Source of the DNA: an uncultured Pelagibacteraceae bacterium
GTDB taxonomy: Bacteria > Pseudomonadota > Alphaproteobacteria > Pelagibacterales > Pelagibacteraceae
NCBI GenBank assembly: GCA_902599575.1
Contig: CACKFS010000001.1
Coordinates: forward strand, 46,545 to 110,544
Direction of reading: 5' to 3'
Length of the DNA: 64,000 nucleotides
Below the pieces are notes generated by a model, which saw only the letters and a list, made by a program, of their open reading frames with translations, searched no databases and was not told where the DNA came from. Positions 1 to 10,527 of the stretch are shown piece by piece (within the stretch, counting starts at the first letter, position 1; each line of letters starts with the position of its first letter). Position numbers and translations under genes: made by a program.

Positions 1-38
1 AATATCACTTTACGTTAAATTCTATCTATTAATCAAAC

Positions 39-65
39 AAAAAAAAGGGGGCCATTGGCCCCCTT
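39..65 (-). terminator. Intrinsic terminator of the TRAP solute-binding gene
   Basis: Inverted repeat AAGGGGGCCA-T-TGGCCCCCTT (45-65) with an adjacent A-run (U-tract on the minus strand), 20 nt past the stop at 85. Confidence 0.85.
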
Positions 66-84
66 AATTAAGATTATATCTTGA

Positions 85-1239
85 TTATATTTTTACTTTA
101 GCAATTGGTCCAAACTCATTTTCATAAGCTAGCTTGTAATTAGGCTGATTCATCAGCAAGTATTTCATTACTCTCTTAGCGTATGCTTTTTGAGAATCGA
201 CGATTTTCTTAAAGAAAGGATCTTTCTTATTGAAATCACCGATAACTTTATCCCAACCTTTTAATTGTTGAGCTAAAATTTCATCTGAAGTTTGGTAAAC
301 ATTTACTTTATGTTGATTCATTAATTTAGATAAATCAGCTGAATATCTAACTAATGCTTTAAAGTAGTTATCTGTGTTTGCAGCGTAAGCAGCGTTTTTC
401 AATATTGCTTGGTTAGCTGGTGACAGACCATTAAATGTTTTATTGTTAATTGGTATCTCAAACATCTCTTGAGATTGGTGGAAGCTTCCTAAGTGATAAT
501 GCTTAGAAACATCTTGCATACCAAACTGAGAGTCTGAAGTTGGGTTGTTAAACTCAGCTGCTTCAATCAAACCAGTTTTCATAGCTGGTTGAATTTCACC
601 ACCTGGTAACTGTCTTACGACCATTCCCATTGCAGTAAGAACGTTAGTAGCAAGACCAACTGTTCTGTACTTCATACCTTTAACGTCAGATACTTTTGTT
701 ACGTTCTTTTTAAACCAACCAAAAGGTTGTGCTGGCATAGGCATGTGGAATACACCTGTGTAATCGAAACCAACTTTTGCAAGTGTTTCTTCATACAGTT
801 TTCTTCCGCCACCGTACTCCATCCATCCCATTACTTCTTGAGATGACATTCCGTATGATGGTCCAGTACCAAATAATGATGCTGCTGGATTTTTACCATA
901 CCAATAAGCAGTTACCCAGTGTCCCATATCTACAGCACCTGAACTTACCGCTTGACCGATCTCACTAGTCTTCACAACTGCTCCAACTGGTTGAAGATCG
1001 ATTTTTAAAGAACCGCCAGACATGTCGCTAACCATTTTGCAATAGTCTCCTGCCATTTCAAAAAAGATGTTAGCACCACTTGGCCATGCAGCTTGCATTT
1101 TTAGAGTTTGTGGAGCTCCGAATGCAATGTTTGGCATTGCTACTGCTGCTGTTGCTGCTGCACCAGTTGCTGCCGCTGCCTTAAAGAACTTACGTCTTGA
1201 AGGAATTTTTCCCTTCAATGATTTTTTTTCTTTAATCAT
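85..1239 (-). CDS. TRAP transporter periplasmic solute-binding protein (DctP/TakP-like, 2-oxo/monocarboxylic acid type), Tat-exported
   Basis: Tat signal SRRKFFK plus Ala-rich h-region; LKMQAAWP, GMKYRTVG, LPGGEI, AAEFNNP motifs; strong SD AGAGGAGAAA. Confidence 0.9.
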   Translation of the reverse strand: MIKEKKSLKGKIPSRRKFFKAAAATGAAATAAVAMPNIAFGAPQTLKMQAAWPSGANIFFEMAGDYCKMVSDMSGGSLKIDLQPVGAVVKTSEIGQAVSSGAVDMGHWVTAYWYGKNPAASLFGTGPSYGMSSQEVMGWMEYGGGRKLYEETLAKVGFDYTGVFHMPMPAQPFGWFKKNVTKVSDVKGMKYRTVGLATNVLTAMGMVVRQLPGGEIQPAMKTGLIEAAEFNNPTSDSQFGMQDVSKHYHLGSFHQSQEMFEIPINNKTFNGLSPANQAILKNAAYAANTDNYFKALVRYSADLSKLMNQHKVNVYQTSDEILAQQLKGWDKVIGDFNKKDPFFKKIVDSQKAYAKRVMKYLLMNQPNYKLAYENEFGPIAKVKI

Positions 1240-1357
1240 TTATTTCTCCTCTATTAGTTAATTAACTTGATAATATTAAAGCACAAAATGAACTTGGAGT
1301 CTTAGGTTAAAATTGTTCTAAACTTAATTATTTGCAACTATTGGTAGTATAAGTTTA

Positions 1358-2311
1358 TCAATTTACCTTATTTTTGCAGTTACCCGTTTTGAAAAATTCC
1401 TCAATGTTATCGATAGCAAGATTAGCCATGGCTGTTCTAGTTTCTTTAGTGGCACTTCCAAGATGAGGTAGTATGAAAACACTTTTATGTTTAAGATATC
1501 CTGGGTTTAAATTAGGTTCGTTTTTATAAACATCTAAACCAGCTGCATAAACTTTTCTTCTATCTAATGCATCCAGTAAAGCTTCATCGTCTACTATATC
1601 TCCTCTAGCTACATTAGTTACTACTGCACCCTTTGGTAAATACTCTAAAGTTTCTTTATTTATAAGATTAATTGTTTCTTTTGAAGCTGGGCAACATACA
1701 GATAATACATCTGACACTTCCATTAAACTTTTTAGATTATCATGATAAGTAGCCCCTTGTTCTTTATCAGAGCTCAATTTAGATCTATTGTGATAATGTA
1801 TTATCATTCCAAGCGACTTTGCTATCTTAGCAATTTTTTGACCAATACGTCCCATCCCTAAAATACCTAACCTTGAGCCAGTTAATTGTTTGCCAATTAA
1901 ATAGTCTGCTGACCATTTCCAATTAGACTCTTTTGCGGCTTGAATACCTTCACTTGCTCTTCTGCAAGCTCCTAGAATTAACAATATTCCTATTTCGGCT
2001 GTTGCATCTGTTAAGACATCTGGTGTGTTTGTCACTGCTATATTTCTTTTTTTAGCAGCTACTAAATCAATATTACCAAATCCTACTGCAAAATTTGATA
2101 AAATTTTTATGCTCTCTGGTAATTTATTGATAGTTGCCTCATCCATTTTATCAGTTAGCGATGTTAATATACCATCACAACCTTGGCTTAATTCCACTAA
2201 TTTAGATTGAGAATAAAGTTCATCATTTAAATTAAGTTTAGCCTCCCACAACTTTGAGGCTTTTTCCTCATTTGATCTTAGAAGTTTTCTGGTAATTAAA
2301 ATTTTTTTCAT
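1358..2311 (-). CDS. D-isomer-specific 2-hydroxyacid dehydrogenase (glyoxylate/hydroxypyruvate reductase, GyaR/GhrB-like)
   Basis: NTPDVLTDATAE, GMGRIG, NVARG, GLDVYKNEP, LPHLGSAT motifs. Confidence 0.9.
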   Translation of the reverse strand: MKKILITRKLLRSNEEKASKLWEAKLNLNDELYSQSKLVELSQGCDGILTSLTDKMDEATINKLPESIKILSNFAVGFGNIDLVAAKKRNIAVTNTPDVLTDATAEIGILLILGACRRASEGIQAAKESNWKWSADYLIGKQLTGSRLGILGMGRIGQKIAKIAKSLGMIIHYHNRSKLSSDKEQGATYHDNLKSLMEVSDVLSVCCPASKETINLINKETLEYLPKGAVVTNVARGDIVDDEALLDALDRRKVYAAGLDVYKNEPNLNPGYLKHKSVFILPHLGSATKETRTAMANLAIDNIEEFFKTGNCKNKVN

Positions 2312-2319
2312 TCAACTTA

Positions 2320-3693
2320 TTAGTTTAAGTCAAAAATTTTACCAGGATTCATTATATTGTTTGGATCAATGGTTCTTTTGATAGATTTCATAACAGGTAA
2401 ATTATCACCATGTTCTTTAAGAAGGTAATCTTTTTTATGAAGCCCAACTCCATGTTCTCCAGTAATTGTGCCTTCTAATTCCAATGTTTTTTCTATAAGA
2501 ATATCACTAAATTTTCGTATTTTTTGATAGGTCTCTTTTTTTTCTGGATCATAAGGTAGTAAAACATGGAAATTACCATCACCAAGGTGACCAACCATTG
2601 GGGCTCTTAAACCAAATTTTTTAGCCTCAGCATCTGCAAAGTTAACACATTCCGTTATTTTAGAAATTGGTAAACAAACATCAGTTGAATACACTCTGCC
2701 ATTATTTATTTGCGCTTTGACAGAATAATAGACATCATGTCTTGCTTTCCATAGCTTATTTCTATCCGTTAAATCTTTTGCCCATTTAAAGGAGCTTCCA
2801 TTGTTATTTTTTGATATTTCTTCGACAATATCGATTGACTCTTTATTAGAAGTTTCTGATCCATGGAATTCAAAAAATAAAGTCGGTGTAGCTTCTACGT
2901 CTTTTAATTTAGAGTATTCTATACTAATTTCCATTTGATCTTTATTAAGCATTTCAATTCTTGCAATTGGAATACCATACTGAATTACCTCTTGTGCAGT
3001 TTTAACTGCATCCTCTAGAGTTTTAAAGTGACATACAGCACTCATAATACTTTCTGGGATTGGTGACAATCTTAGCTGGATCTCCGTAATAACTCCGAGA
3101 GTACCTTCTGAACCAATAAATAAATTGGTTAAATTATATCCAGCTGAAGTTTTTTTTGTTCTACTCCCAGTTTTTATTATATCTCCATTTGGTAAAACAA
3201 CTGTTAATCCGGTTATAACAGTTTTCATAGTTCCATATTTAACTGCCATTGTTCCTGACGCTGAAGTAGAGGCCATTCCACCTATTGCTGCATTTGCACC
3301 TGGATCGATTGGAAAAAATACCCCATCTTCCCTTAAATAGTCATTCAATTGTTCTCTAGTTACACATGCCTGAACTTTGCAATCAAAATCTTCTACGTTT
3401 ACACTTAGTACTTTGTTCATTTTTTCAAGAGAAATTGTAATCCCTTGATCGTTCCCAACAACATTTCCTTCTAAAGAAGTCCCTGTTCCAAAAGGAACAA
3501 CAGGTATCTTATGTTGGTTGCATAATTTTAATATTTTGGAAACTTCTTCATTAGTTTCTGGAAATACTACAGCCTTAGATAAAATTGGATCATAAGTGTC
3601 TTCTCCTCTTGCATAATTCAATCTTGTTGATTCTGACTCAGAAAACCTAGAATTTAGTATTTTTTTTAATTCGGACTGAAGTTCGCTATTCAT
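2320..3693 (-). CDS. FAD-linked oxidase, D-lactate dehydrogenase/GlcD family
   Basis: PFGTGTSLEG, FPIDPGA, GSEGTLG, GHLGDGNFH, GEHGVG, DPNNIMNPGK motifs. Confidence 0.9.
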   Translation of the reverse strand: MNSELQSELKKILNSRFSESESTRLNYARGEDTYDPILSKAVVFPETNEEVSKILKLCNQHKIPVVPFGTGTSLEGNVVGNDQGITISLEKMNKVLSVNVEDFDCKVQACVTREQLNDYLREDGVFFPIDPGANAAIGGMASTSASGTMAVKYGTMKTVITGLTVVLPNGDIIKTGSRTKKTSAGYNLTNLFIGSEGTLGVITEIQLRLSPIPESIMSAVCHFKTLEDAVKTAQEVIQYGIPIARIEMLNKDQMEISIEYSKLKDVEATPTLFFEFHGSETSNKESIDIVEEISKNNNGSSFKWAKDLTDRNKLWKARHDVYYSVKAQINNGRVYSTDVCLPISKITECVNFADAEAKKFGLRAPMVGHLGDGNFHVLLPYDPEKKETYQKIRKFSDILIEKTLELEGTITGEHGVGLHKKDYLLKEHGDNLPVMKSIKRTIDPNNIMNPGKIFDLN

Positions 3694-3736
3694 ATGTTAA
3701 TGATACTATATAAATCTTACAAAAAAAATACTTAAA

Positions 3737-4900
3737 TTATTTAAGCATTTTTTTTATGTTTTCTAATGCTTGAGAAATGTTATCTCTTGATGCTGCGAAA
3801 CTAAATCTCACATAATCCTGACAAGTTTGACCAAATGCTGTTCCTGGTACGATTGCAACACCAGCTTCGTGCATAGCTTTTTTACAAAATTCTCTTCCAT
3901 TCATTCCAGTCTCTTTTACTTTTGGAAAAGCATAAAATGCACCACCAGGTAAACTACATTCCACACCTGGCAGATCATTTAAACCTTTGTGAATAAGATC
4001 TCTTCTTGCCGTAAATTTTTCCATCATTTCATGTATAGAATCGTCTGGTCCGTCTAATGCAGCAATACCAGCATATTGAGCGGCAGCATTTACACAAGAA
4101 ACACTATTTATTAATAGTTTATTGACATGTTCAACTAGATGCTCTGGCCAAAAACTCCAACCTAATCTCCATCCAGTCATAGAATAGGCTTTACTCCATC
4201 CTTCTAATACAATGAGTCTCTCTCTTAATTTAGGATAATTAAAAAAAGTTGGCATCTCTTTACCATCAAAAATTTGTCTACTATAAATCTCATCACTCAG
4301 AATTGTAACATGTGGGTGTTGCTCTAAACCTTTAGCAAGTTTATCGATTTCAGATTTTTCTACAAAACTTCCTGTTGGGTTATTAGGATTAATCAAAATT
4401 AATAATCTTGTTTTGTCAGTTATTAAAGACAATATTTCCTCTGCATTAAACTTTAGGTCTTTATCTTTAGTAAGATCGTATGGCACAGGAGTAGATCCCG
4501 TATAGTTAATCATAGACTCATAAATTGGAAAAGCTGGCGTTGGATGAATTATTTCTACACCTGGTTCACCAAAACATTGGATTGCATAATGCATTGTTGG
4601 TTTACCACCTGGCATTATGATAATTCTTTCTGGATCAACATCTTGATTGTAAAGAGTTTTAATTTTTCTTGAAACTGCTTGTCTGCATTCTAGAATTCCA
4701 TTTGATAAAACATAACCATGATGGCCATCGTCTAAAGCTTTTTTTGCAGCATCAACTACATGCTTTGGAGTTTTAAAATCAGGTTGACCTAATCCAAGAT
4801 GTATCATTGGTTTTCCCGATGCCTCTAATTTTTTTGCTTCCGCTAAAACTGAGAATGCAGTCTCAGTTCCTAATCTGTTTAAACTTTTTGCCAGTTTCAT
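3737..4900 (-). CDS. PLP-dependent class I/II aminotransferase (AspC-like)
   Basis: GQPDF, NPNNPTG, SDEIY, WSKAYSMTGWRLG (PLP lysine), GAFYAF motifs. Confidence 0.9.
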   Translation of the reverse strand: MKLAKSLNRLGTETAFSVLAEAKKLEASGKPMIHLGLGQPDFKTPKHVVDAAKKALDDGHHGYVLSNGILECRQAVSRKIKTLYNQDVDPERIIIMPGGKPTMHYAIQCFGEPGVEIIHPTPAFPIYESMINYTGSTPVPYDLTKDKDLKFNAEEILSLITDKTRLLILINPNNPTGSFVEKSEIDKLAKGLEQHPHVTILSDEIYSRQIFDGKEMPTFFNYPKLRERLIVLEGWSKAYSMTGWRLGWSFWPEHLVEHVNKLLINSVSCVNAAAQYAGIAALDGPDDSIHEMMEKFTARRDLIHKGLNDLPGVECSLPGGAFYAFPKVKETGMNGREFCKKAMHEAGVAIVPGTAFGQTCQDYVRFSFAASRDNISQALENIKKMLK

Positions 4901-4912
4901 AAATTTTTATAA

Positions 4913-6070
4913 TTACATAATATTTCTATAAATTAATTTTGAACTATTCAACTCTTTTAAATTTTTACAACCCATTAAAACCATATTTCTATTAATTTCG
5001 TCATGTATTGTCTTCAATAAATGCTCAACTCCTTGCTGACCACCTGCGGCTAAAGAGAACAAAAACATTTTACCAAAACTACAAGCTTTAGCTCCAGCGG
5101 CTATTGCTTTTAAGACATGAGAACCTCTTCTAATCCCGCCATCCAAAATAATTTCCAGTTTATCACCAACAGCATCGGATATCGCTTTGATTTGGTCAAA
5201 CGGTGATCTTGAGCCATCTAGTTGTCGACCGCCATGATTAGAAATCATTATAGCAGTGCACCCTATATCAATAGCTCTTTTTGCATCCTCAACTGACATA
5301 ACTCCTTTTAAAGCAAAAGGGCCATTCCATTTTTTTACACAATACTCTGCATCTTTCCAATTCATAGCTGGATCATATTGCTCATTTATGTAGTCTATAA
5401 CTGATTTGGCAATATTAGTTCCTTTATCAGTTTTTGTTGCAACATTAGCTAATTTAAATTTTTCATGAGTTAAATAATTAAAAACCCAGCCTGGATGCAT
5501 AGCAAAACTCAAAAGGCTTTTTAAAGTCAGTTTTGGTGGGGTTGTAAAACCTGTTCTGTGATCTCTCTCTCTATTACCTGCAACAAGAGTATCTACGGTT
5601 AAACACATTCCGTCAAATCCTGACCTTCTACAACGGTCAATCAAATCATTTGTTATAGATTGATCTTTATGGACATAAAGCTGAAATAATTTAGGACCAC
5701 TAGATAAATTAGAAATTTCCTCAATTGTATTGTTTGCCATTGTAGACATACTATAAAATGTTCCAAATTTATTAGCGGCTTTTGCAGAAGCTTTGTCACC
5801 ATCGTGGTGATATAATCTTTGCATAGCACATGGAGATAAGAAAATTGGCATATCGATTTTTCTTCCAAAAATAGTTGTTGATAAATCTGGTTTGCCTACG
5901 CTAGCTAAAATATTTGGTATTAGATCACAATCATTAAAGGCTTCTGTATTTCTTTTAAGAGTAGTTTCGTCATCTGCACCACCATCAATGTAATGGAAAA
6001 TTGGAGAAGGTAGTTTTTTTTTTGCTAATTTTCTGAAGTCCTCAAAATTATAACATTCTTTTAGACTCAT
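4913..6070 (-). CDS. FMN-dependent alpha-hydroxy acid dehydrogenase (LldD/glycolate oxidase family), copy 1
   Basis: YIDGGA, FQLY, TVD, GNRERD, SNHGGRQLD, DGGIRRG motifs. Confidence 0.9.
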   Translation of the reverse strand: MSLKECYNFEDFRKLAKKKLPSPIFHYIDGGADDETTLKRNTEAFNDCDLIPNILASVGKPDLSTTIFGRKIDMPIFLSPCAMQRLYHHDGDKASAKAANKFGTFYSMSTMANNTIEEISNLSSGPKLFQLYVHKDQSITNDLIDRCRRSGFDGMCLTVDTLVAGNRERDHRTGFTTPPKLTLKSLLSFAMHPGWVFNYLTHEKFKLANVATKTDKGTNIAKSVIDYINEQYDPAMNWKDAEYCVKKWNGPFALKGVMSVEDAKRAIDIGCTAIMISNHGGRQLDGSRSPFDQIKAISDAVGDKLEIILDGGIRRGSHVLKAIAAGAKACSFGKMFLFSLAAGGQQGVEHLLKTIHDEINRNMVLMGCKNLKELNSSKLIYRNIM

Positions 6071-6080
6071 AGAATTTTTT

Positions 6081-7235
6081 TTAAGTGTATCTAAATCTTA
6101 AATTATTTCTATTTAGATCGCTAATCTTAGTGCAGCCCATTAATTTCATATCTCTTTCTAATTCAGCTTTGTATTGACCTAATGCTCTCTCAACTCCTGC
6201 TTGTCCCGCCGCGGCTAAAGCATAGAGATACAATCTCCCTCCAGCGCAAGCCTTTGCGCCTAGAGATAAAGCTTTGAGCATGTGTGTTCCTCTTTGGAAC
6301 CCACCTTCACAAATAACATCAATTTTGTCACCTACAGCATCAACTATTTCTGCTAGTTGATCAAATGGTGACCTTGATCCATCAAGCTGTCTACCTCCAT
6401 GATTAGAAACCATTATACCAGTGCATCCAATATCAACAGCTTTCTTTGCATCTTCGACACTCATAATTCCTTTAAGTGCAAAATGACCGCCCCACTTAGA
6501 ACATAACTTCTCAGCGTCATTCCAATTCATGGATTGATCTAGCATTGTAGAAAAATAATTACCAATTGATGAGTTAGTGCTTGTACCCTCTTTTACAAAA
6601 TCCTGTAAATGTGGTAATTCAAATTTTCCTTTTGTAAGATAGTTTATCCCCCACATTGGTTTAGTCGCGAAACTAAATAAACTTGATATAGTAAGCTTAG
6701 GTGGTGATGTGAAACCTGTTCTTAAATCTCTCTCACGGTTTCCTCCTGTAATAGTATCAACAGTTAAAGCCATAACATCAAATTTTGCTGCTTTCGCTCT
6801 TTCTAAACAAGAATCATTTAATCCTCTGTCTTTGTGAAAATAGAATTGAAACATTTTTGGTGTATCAATTAAAGACGAGATTTCTTCAACACTTACAGTA
6901 GCTAAAGCTGAAACACCAAACATTGTGTTAAATTTTTGAGCTGCTTTTCCTACTGCTCTTTCTCCATCATAATGAAATAGTCTTTGTAAAGCAGTAGGAG
7001 AACAGTAAAAAGGTAAATCAATTTTTTTTCCAAAAATTGTTGTAGACAAATCTACGTTTTCAACACCTCTCAATACATTGGGTACAAGATCTACGTCATT
7101 AAACGCAGATGTATTTCGGTTATAAGTAATCTCATCATCAGCAGCACCATCAATATAATGGAAAATTGGTGACGGTAATTTTTTTTTGGCTAAAATTCTA
7201 AAATCACTAAAATTGTGGCAATCTTTTAAATTCAT
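6081..7235 (-). CDS. FMN-dependent alpha-hydroxy acid dehydrogenase (LldD/glycolate oxidase family), copy 2
   Basis: YIDGAA, FQFY, TVD, GNRERD, SNHGGRQLD; EGGFQRG replaces DGGIRRG. Confidence 0.9.
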   Translation of the reverse strand: MNLKDCHNFSDFRILAKKKLPSPIFHYIDGAADDEITYNRNTSAFNDVDLVPNVLRGVENVDLSTTIFGKKIDLPFYCSPTALQRLFHYDGERAVGKAAQKFNTMFGVSALATVSVEEISSLIDTPKMFQFYFHKDRGLNDSCLERAKAAKFDVMALTVDTITGGNRERDLRTGFTSPPKLTISSLFSFATKPMWGINYLTKGKFELPHLQDFVKEGTSTNSSIGNYFSTMLDQSMNWNDAEKLCSKWGGHFALKGIMSVEDAKKAVDIGCTGIMVSNHGGRQLDGSRSPFDQLAEIVDAVGDKIDVICEGGFQRGTHMLKALSLGAKACAGGRLYLYALAAAGQAGVERALGQYKAELERDMKLMGCTKISDLNRNNLRFRYT

Positions 7236-7244
7236 ATTTATAAT

Positions 7245-7763
7245 TTAAAAGCTTTTAAAGAAATTAAACATATAACTATTTGCCCCAGGATTTTTTTCTC
7301 CTAAACTAGCGTTAGATATATGATTATATGAAAAACCAAATTCTGTACTTGGTGATAAATCTAAGGATAATTGAAGCTCACTTTTAAATTCGACCAAATG
7401 ACCGAGGTCTTTTCCATCTCCCTCATGATATAAACCTGGTGTAAAACTTGGTGTTAAATTTAATCTTCCAATATTATACTCAGCTTGAATTCCTGTATAA
7501 AGATATGAGGCTGAGTCAGCAGTCAGCATAAAACCAGTAACAGGTTTAATTGTACCTATTAAGCTATCTCTGAAAAGATTATCATTTAAGTGTTGAATTC
7601 CAATAATTTGAGATTTTTTTCCATCGTCGCTAAAATCAAACATCCCAGTATAAACATTATATTTATGACCAGTATCAATTTTTTGTTTTTCTTCAGCGTA
7701 TAACTTTTCAGAAGTTATAAAAGTGCAGAAGATTAATAACAAAATTTTAAAAAATTTTTTCAT
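7245..7763 (-). CDS. Outer-membrane beta-barrel, acyloxyacyl hydrolase/lipid A 3-O-deacylase (PagL-like)
   Basis: Signal peptide; GKDLG..EFKS and HISNASLGEKNPG (H-x-S-N) motifs; terminal Phe. Confidence 0.75.
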   Translation of the reverse strand: MKKFFKILLLIFCTFITSEKLYAEEKQKIDTGHKYNVYTGMFDFSDDGKKSQIIGIQHLNDNLFRDSLIGTIKPVTGFMLTADSASYLYTGIQAEYNIGRLNLTPSFTPGLYHEGDGKDLGHLVEFKSELQLSLDLSPSTEFGFSYNHISNASLGEKNPGANSYMFNFFKSF

Positions 7764-8140
7764 AATTTTTTACTCTTATATATTCTTAAATATATTATTG
7801 CACCACCTAATAAAAAAAACAATATTGGTATAAACCACAATAAAAAGGTTTTTTTTGAATATCCAGGATCATAAACAATCCATTGACCATATTTTTTGAC
7901 TAACATATTATAAATTTGATCTTTTGAGTGACCTCTGTCTATTTGATCTTTAATATAGATTCTCATACTTAATGCAAATTCAGAATTGGAGTCGTATATA
8001 GACTGCCCTTGACAAATCAGACATCTTAAATTTTTTGCAATATCATTTTCAAGTTTAGAATAAGGTTCTGTCTCAGAATAACATATTCCAAAAAAGTTGA
8101 TAAATAAAAATAAAAAGACCATAAATTTTTTTTTAATCAT
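7760..8140 (-). CDS. ccmH: Cytochrome c maturation protein CcmH
   Basis: LRCLICQGQSIYDSNS motif; position in the ccm operon. Confidence 0.9.
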   Translation of the reverse strand: MIKKKFMVFLFLFINFFGICYSETEPYSKLENDIAKNLRCLICQGQSIYDSNSEFALSMRIYIKDQIDRGHSKDQIYNMLVKKYGQWIVYDPGYSKKTFLLWFIPILFFLLGGAIIYLRIYKSKKL

Positions 8141-8690
8141 TTACAATCTCCCTAATCTTTTTAACATCTTTGTCATTTATTGGTCCTATAATCTTTATTA
8201 AAATTTTTCTATTTTTGTTAACCAAGAAAGTTTCTGGAACACCATAAGCACCTAAGTTTATTGACTCTGTCCCATCTTTATCTACTAAATTATATTTAAA
8301 TGGGTTTCCATAATCATTTAAAAATTTTATAGAATTTTTTTTTCTATCTTTATAGTTTATGCCAATAATTTGCAGTGAACTTAGACTGCTTAAACTCTTA
8401 AGAAGATCATTTTCCTCTCTACACGGAACACACCATGAAGCCCAGATGTTAATTATGGAAAAATCCTTGTTTTCAATAACTTCACTTAATTTTATTTCAT
8501 TGGCTGAATATAATTCAGGTAAACTAAAGTCTACTAAGTAAGTTGTTTTCCCATCTTTGAATTCTGGAGAATATATTTTATCCTTAAACAATGCTTTATT
8601 AAAAACTAAAAAGCAAAAAACAAAAAAAACTAATATTAAAAAACTAAGAGTAATTTTTTTTTTTTCTAAAAACCGCAAATGTACCCCCAA
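8133..8690 (-). CDS. ccmG: Thiol-disulfide oxidoreductase CcmG/DsbE (start codon uncertain)
   Basis: WASWCVPC, GINYKD, YGVPETF motifs; the only listed start is a TTG inside ccmF. Confidence 0.85.
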   Translation of the reverse strand: MGVHLRFLEKKKITLSFLILVFFVFCFLVFNKALFKDKIYSPEFKDGKTTYLVDFSLPELYSANEIKLSEVIENKDFSIINIWASWCVPCREENDLLKSLSSLSSLQIIGINYKDRKKNSIKFLNDYGNPFKYNLVDKDGTESINLGAYGVPETFLVNKNRKILIKIIGPINDKDVKKIREIVND

Positions 8691-10527
8691 AAATTATTAT
8701 TAATGTAGAGATCCAGATCCAGATCATGAATGGTTTATTTTGATATCTAACATTAAATAGTTGCTCATCCTTTATTAAATTTATTGTTATAAATCTATCT
8801 TTGAACAAAGTTGTTTTAATCGCTGCTTCACTTGTTGCAATAACCGGCTGATTGTAGATTCTGATCTCTGGATATAGTTTAATTATTTTATTATTTTTAT
8901 TTTTTACTTCGAAAGTACCAATGATTGAAGAATAGTTTTTTTTTTCATTGGTTTTAACTTCTTCGAAAGTTATTTTTTCGTTTTTCGAGATAAAGGTTTC
9001 TCCAACCTTAATATTCTTAATAATTTCTGTGGAACTAATACTGTTAAACAATATAGACAACATTAACATGGCAAAACCCAAATGTGATAAGTTTTGTGCA
9101 TGATTAGTATTATTTTTGAAAAAATTAGTAAGCGTTTTAACACTTAAAAATACTAAAGAAAAAACCAAAATAATTAATAAAAAATCTTTTTGAGTTAAAA
9201 AATATATAGTTATTATTGTGGCAGCTGAGGTTAGTAAAAAGTAGTAAATATAACTCGCTTTAAACTTTAAATTTGTTTTAATCCAATTCATACTTGGCCC
9301 AACAGACATAAACAAAAAAAATGGAATTAAGAAAGGTATTAAAAGTTTATTATAAAATGGGGGTCCAACTGAAATTTTTTCTGATGTGATTACATCTAAA
9401 AATATTGGATATACAGTTCCTATTAAAACTACACTTAAAAAATAAATCATAAACCAGTTATTTATTAAAACCGAAGTTTCCTTACTTAAAAAAAAAATTT
9501 CTTTTTTATTTTCTAAATTTTTGTTCTCAAATATAAAAAAGATTACAAAAGATATAAAAATTAAAACAAATAAAAAAATTAGGATATAAATTCCTCTAGA
9601 TGGATCATTTGCAAAAGTGTGGACTGAATTAAGTATCCCAGATCTAACTAAAAACGTTCCACTAACACTTAACATAAAAGTCACTATGCTTAAGATAATT
9701 GACCAATTTTTAAAAAGGTCTCTTTTCTCAAGAGTTAAAATACAATGTAAAAGGGCAGTTAAACTCAACCATGGCATTAAAGAAATATTTTCAACTGGAT
9801 CCCAAAACCAAAAACCTCCCCATCCTAATTCGTAATATGCCCAAATCGAACCTAAAAGAATACCTCCAGTTAAAAAGGTCCAAGATATTAAAACCCATTT
9901 TTTTAAATTTTTTGCCCAAAGATTATTTACATACCCGGTTACCATTGCGGCTAAAGCAGAGGCAAATATAATTGATGTACCAACATATCCAACATATAAA
10001 ATTGGTGGATGTATTGCTAGCGCAGGATCTTGAAGTATTGGATTTAATCCAAGTCCTTCGGATGGTACCGGGAAAAGAGTATCAAATGGGTTAGAAGTTT
10101 TTAGTACAAATATAAAAAAACCAATAACAATTATTTGATGAAATATTACAGTATAAAGTCTAAAATTTTTTGGTTCATCTTTTGAGCTGAAGAAAAAAAA
10201 CAATATAAAACTTGTCAGTACTAATAACCATAATAATAAGCTTCCTTCATGATTACCCCATAAACCTGTTATTTTATAAAATAAAGGTTTTGTTGAATGA
10301 GAATTATTGTAAACAGTTTCATTACTAAAATCAGATATAATAAAAGTGTATAATAAAATAAAAAAACCTATAATGACGAAAAAAAATTGAAGCGTAAGAA
10401 ACTTATATATATTTTTTTCTAAATTTAATAAATTTTTTTTAATATTTAAAACTGTACATAAAAAAACAGCAAAAGAAGATATAAGTCCTAGTAACAAAGA
10501 GAGAAAACCTACATTAGATAATATCAT
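8644..10527 (-). CDS. ccmF: Heme lyase CcmF
   Basis: [36 protein letters not shown] (WWD), [11 protein letters not shown] motifs. Confidence 0.95.
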   Translation of the reverse strand: MILSNVGFLSLLLGLISSFAVFLCTVLNIKKNLLNLEKNIYKFLTLQFFFVIIGFFILLYTFIISDFSNETVYNNSHSTKPLFYKITGLWGNHEGSLLLWLLVLTSFILFFFFSSKDEPKNFRLYTVIFHQIIVIGFFIFVLKTSNPFDTLFPVPSEGLGLNPILQDPALAIHPPILYVGYVGTSIIFASALAAMVTGYVNNLWAKNLKKWVLISWTFLTGGILLGSIWAYYELGWGGFWFWDPVENISLMPWLSLTALLHCILTLEKRDLFKNWSIILSIVTFMLSVSGTFLVRSGILNSVHTFANDPSRGIYILIFLFVLIFISFVIFFIFENKNLENKKEIFFLSKETSVLINNWFMIYFLSVVLIGTVYPIFLDVITSEKISVGPPFYNKLLIPFLIPFFLFMSVGPSMNWIKTNLKFKASYIYYFLLTSAATIITIYFLTQKDFLLIILVFSLVFLSVKTLTNFFKNNTNHAQNLSHLGFAMLMLSILFNSISSTEIIKNIKVGETFISKNEKITFEEVKTNEKKNYSSIIGTFEVKNKNNKIIKLYPEIRIYNQPVIATSEAAIKTTLFKDRFITINLIKDEQLFNVRYQNKPFMIWIWISTLIIIFGGTFAVFRKKKNYS

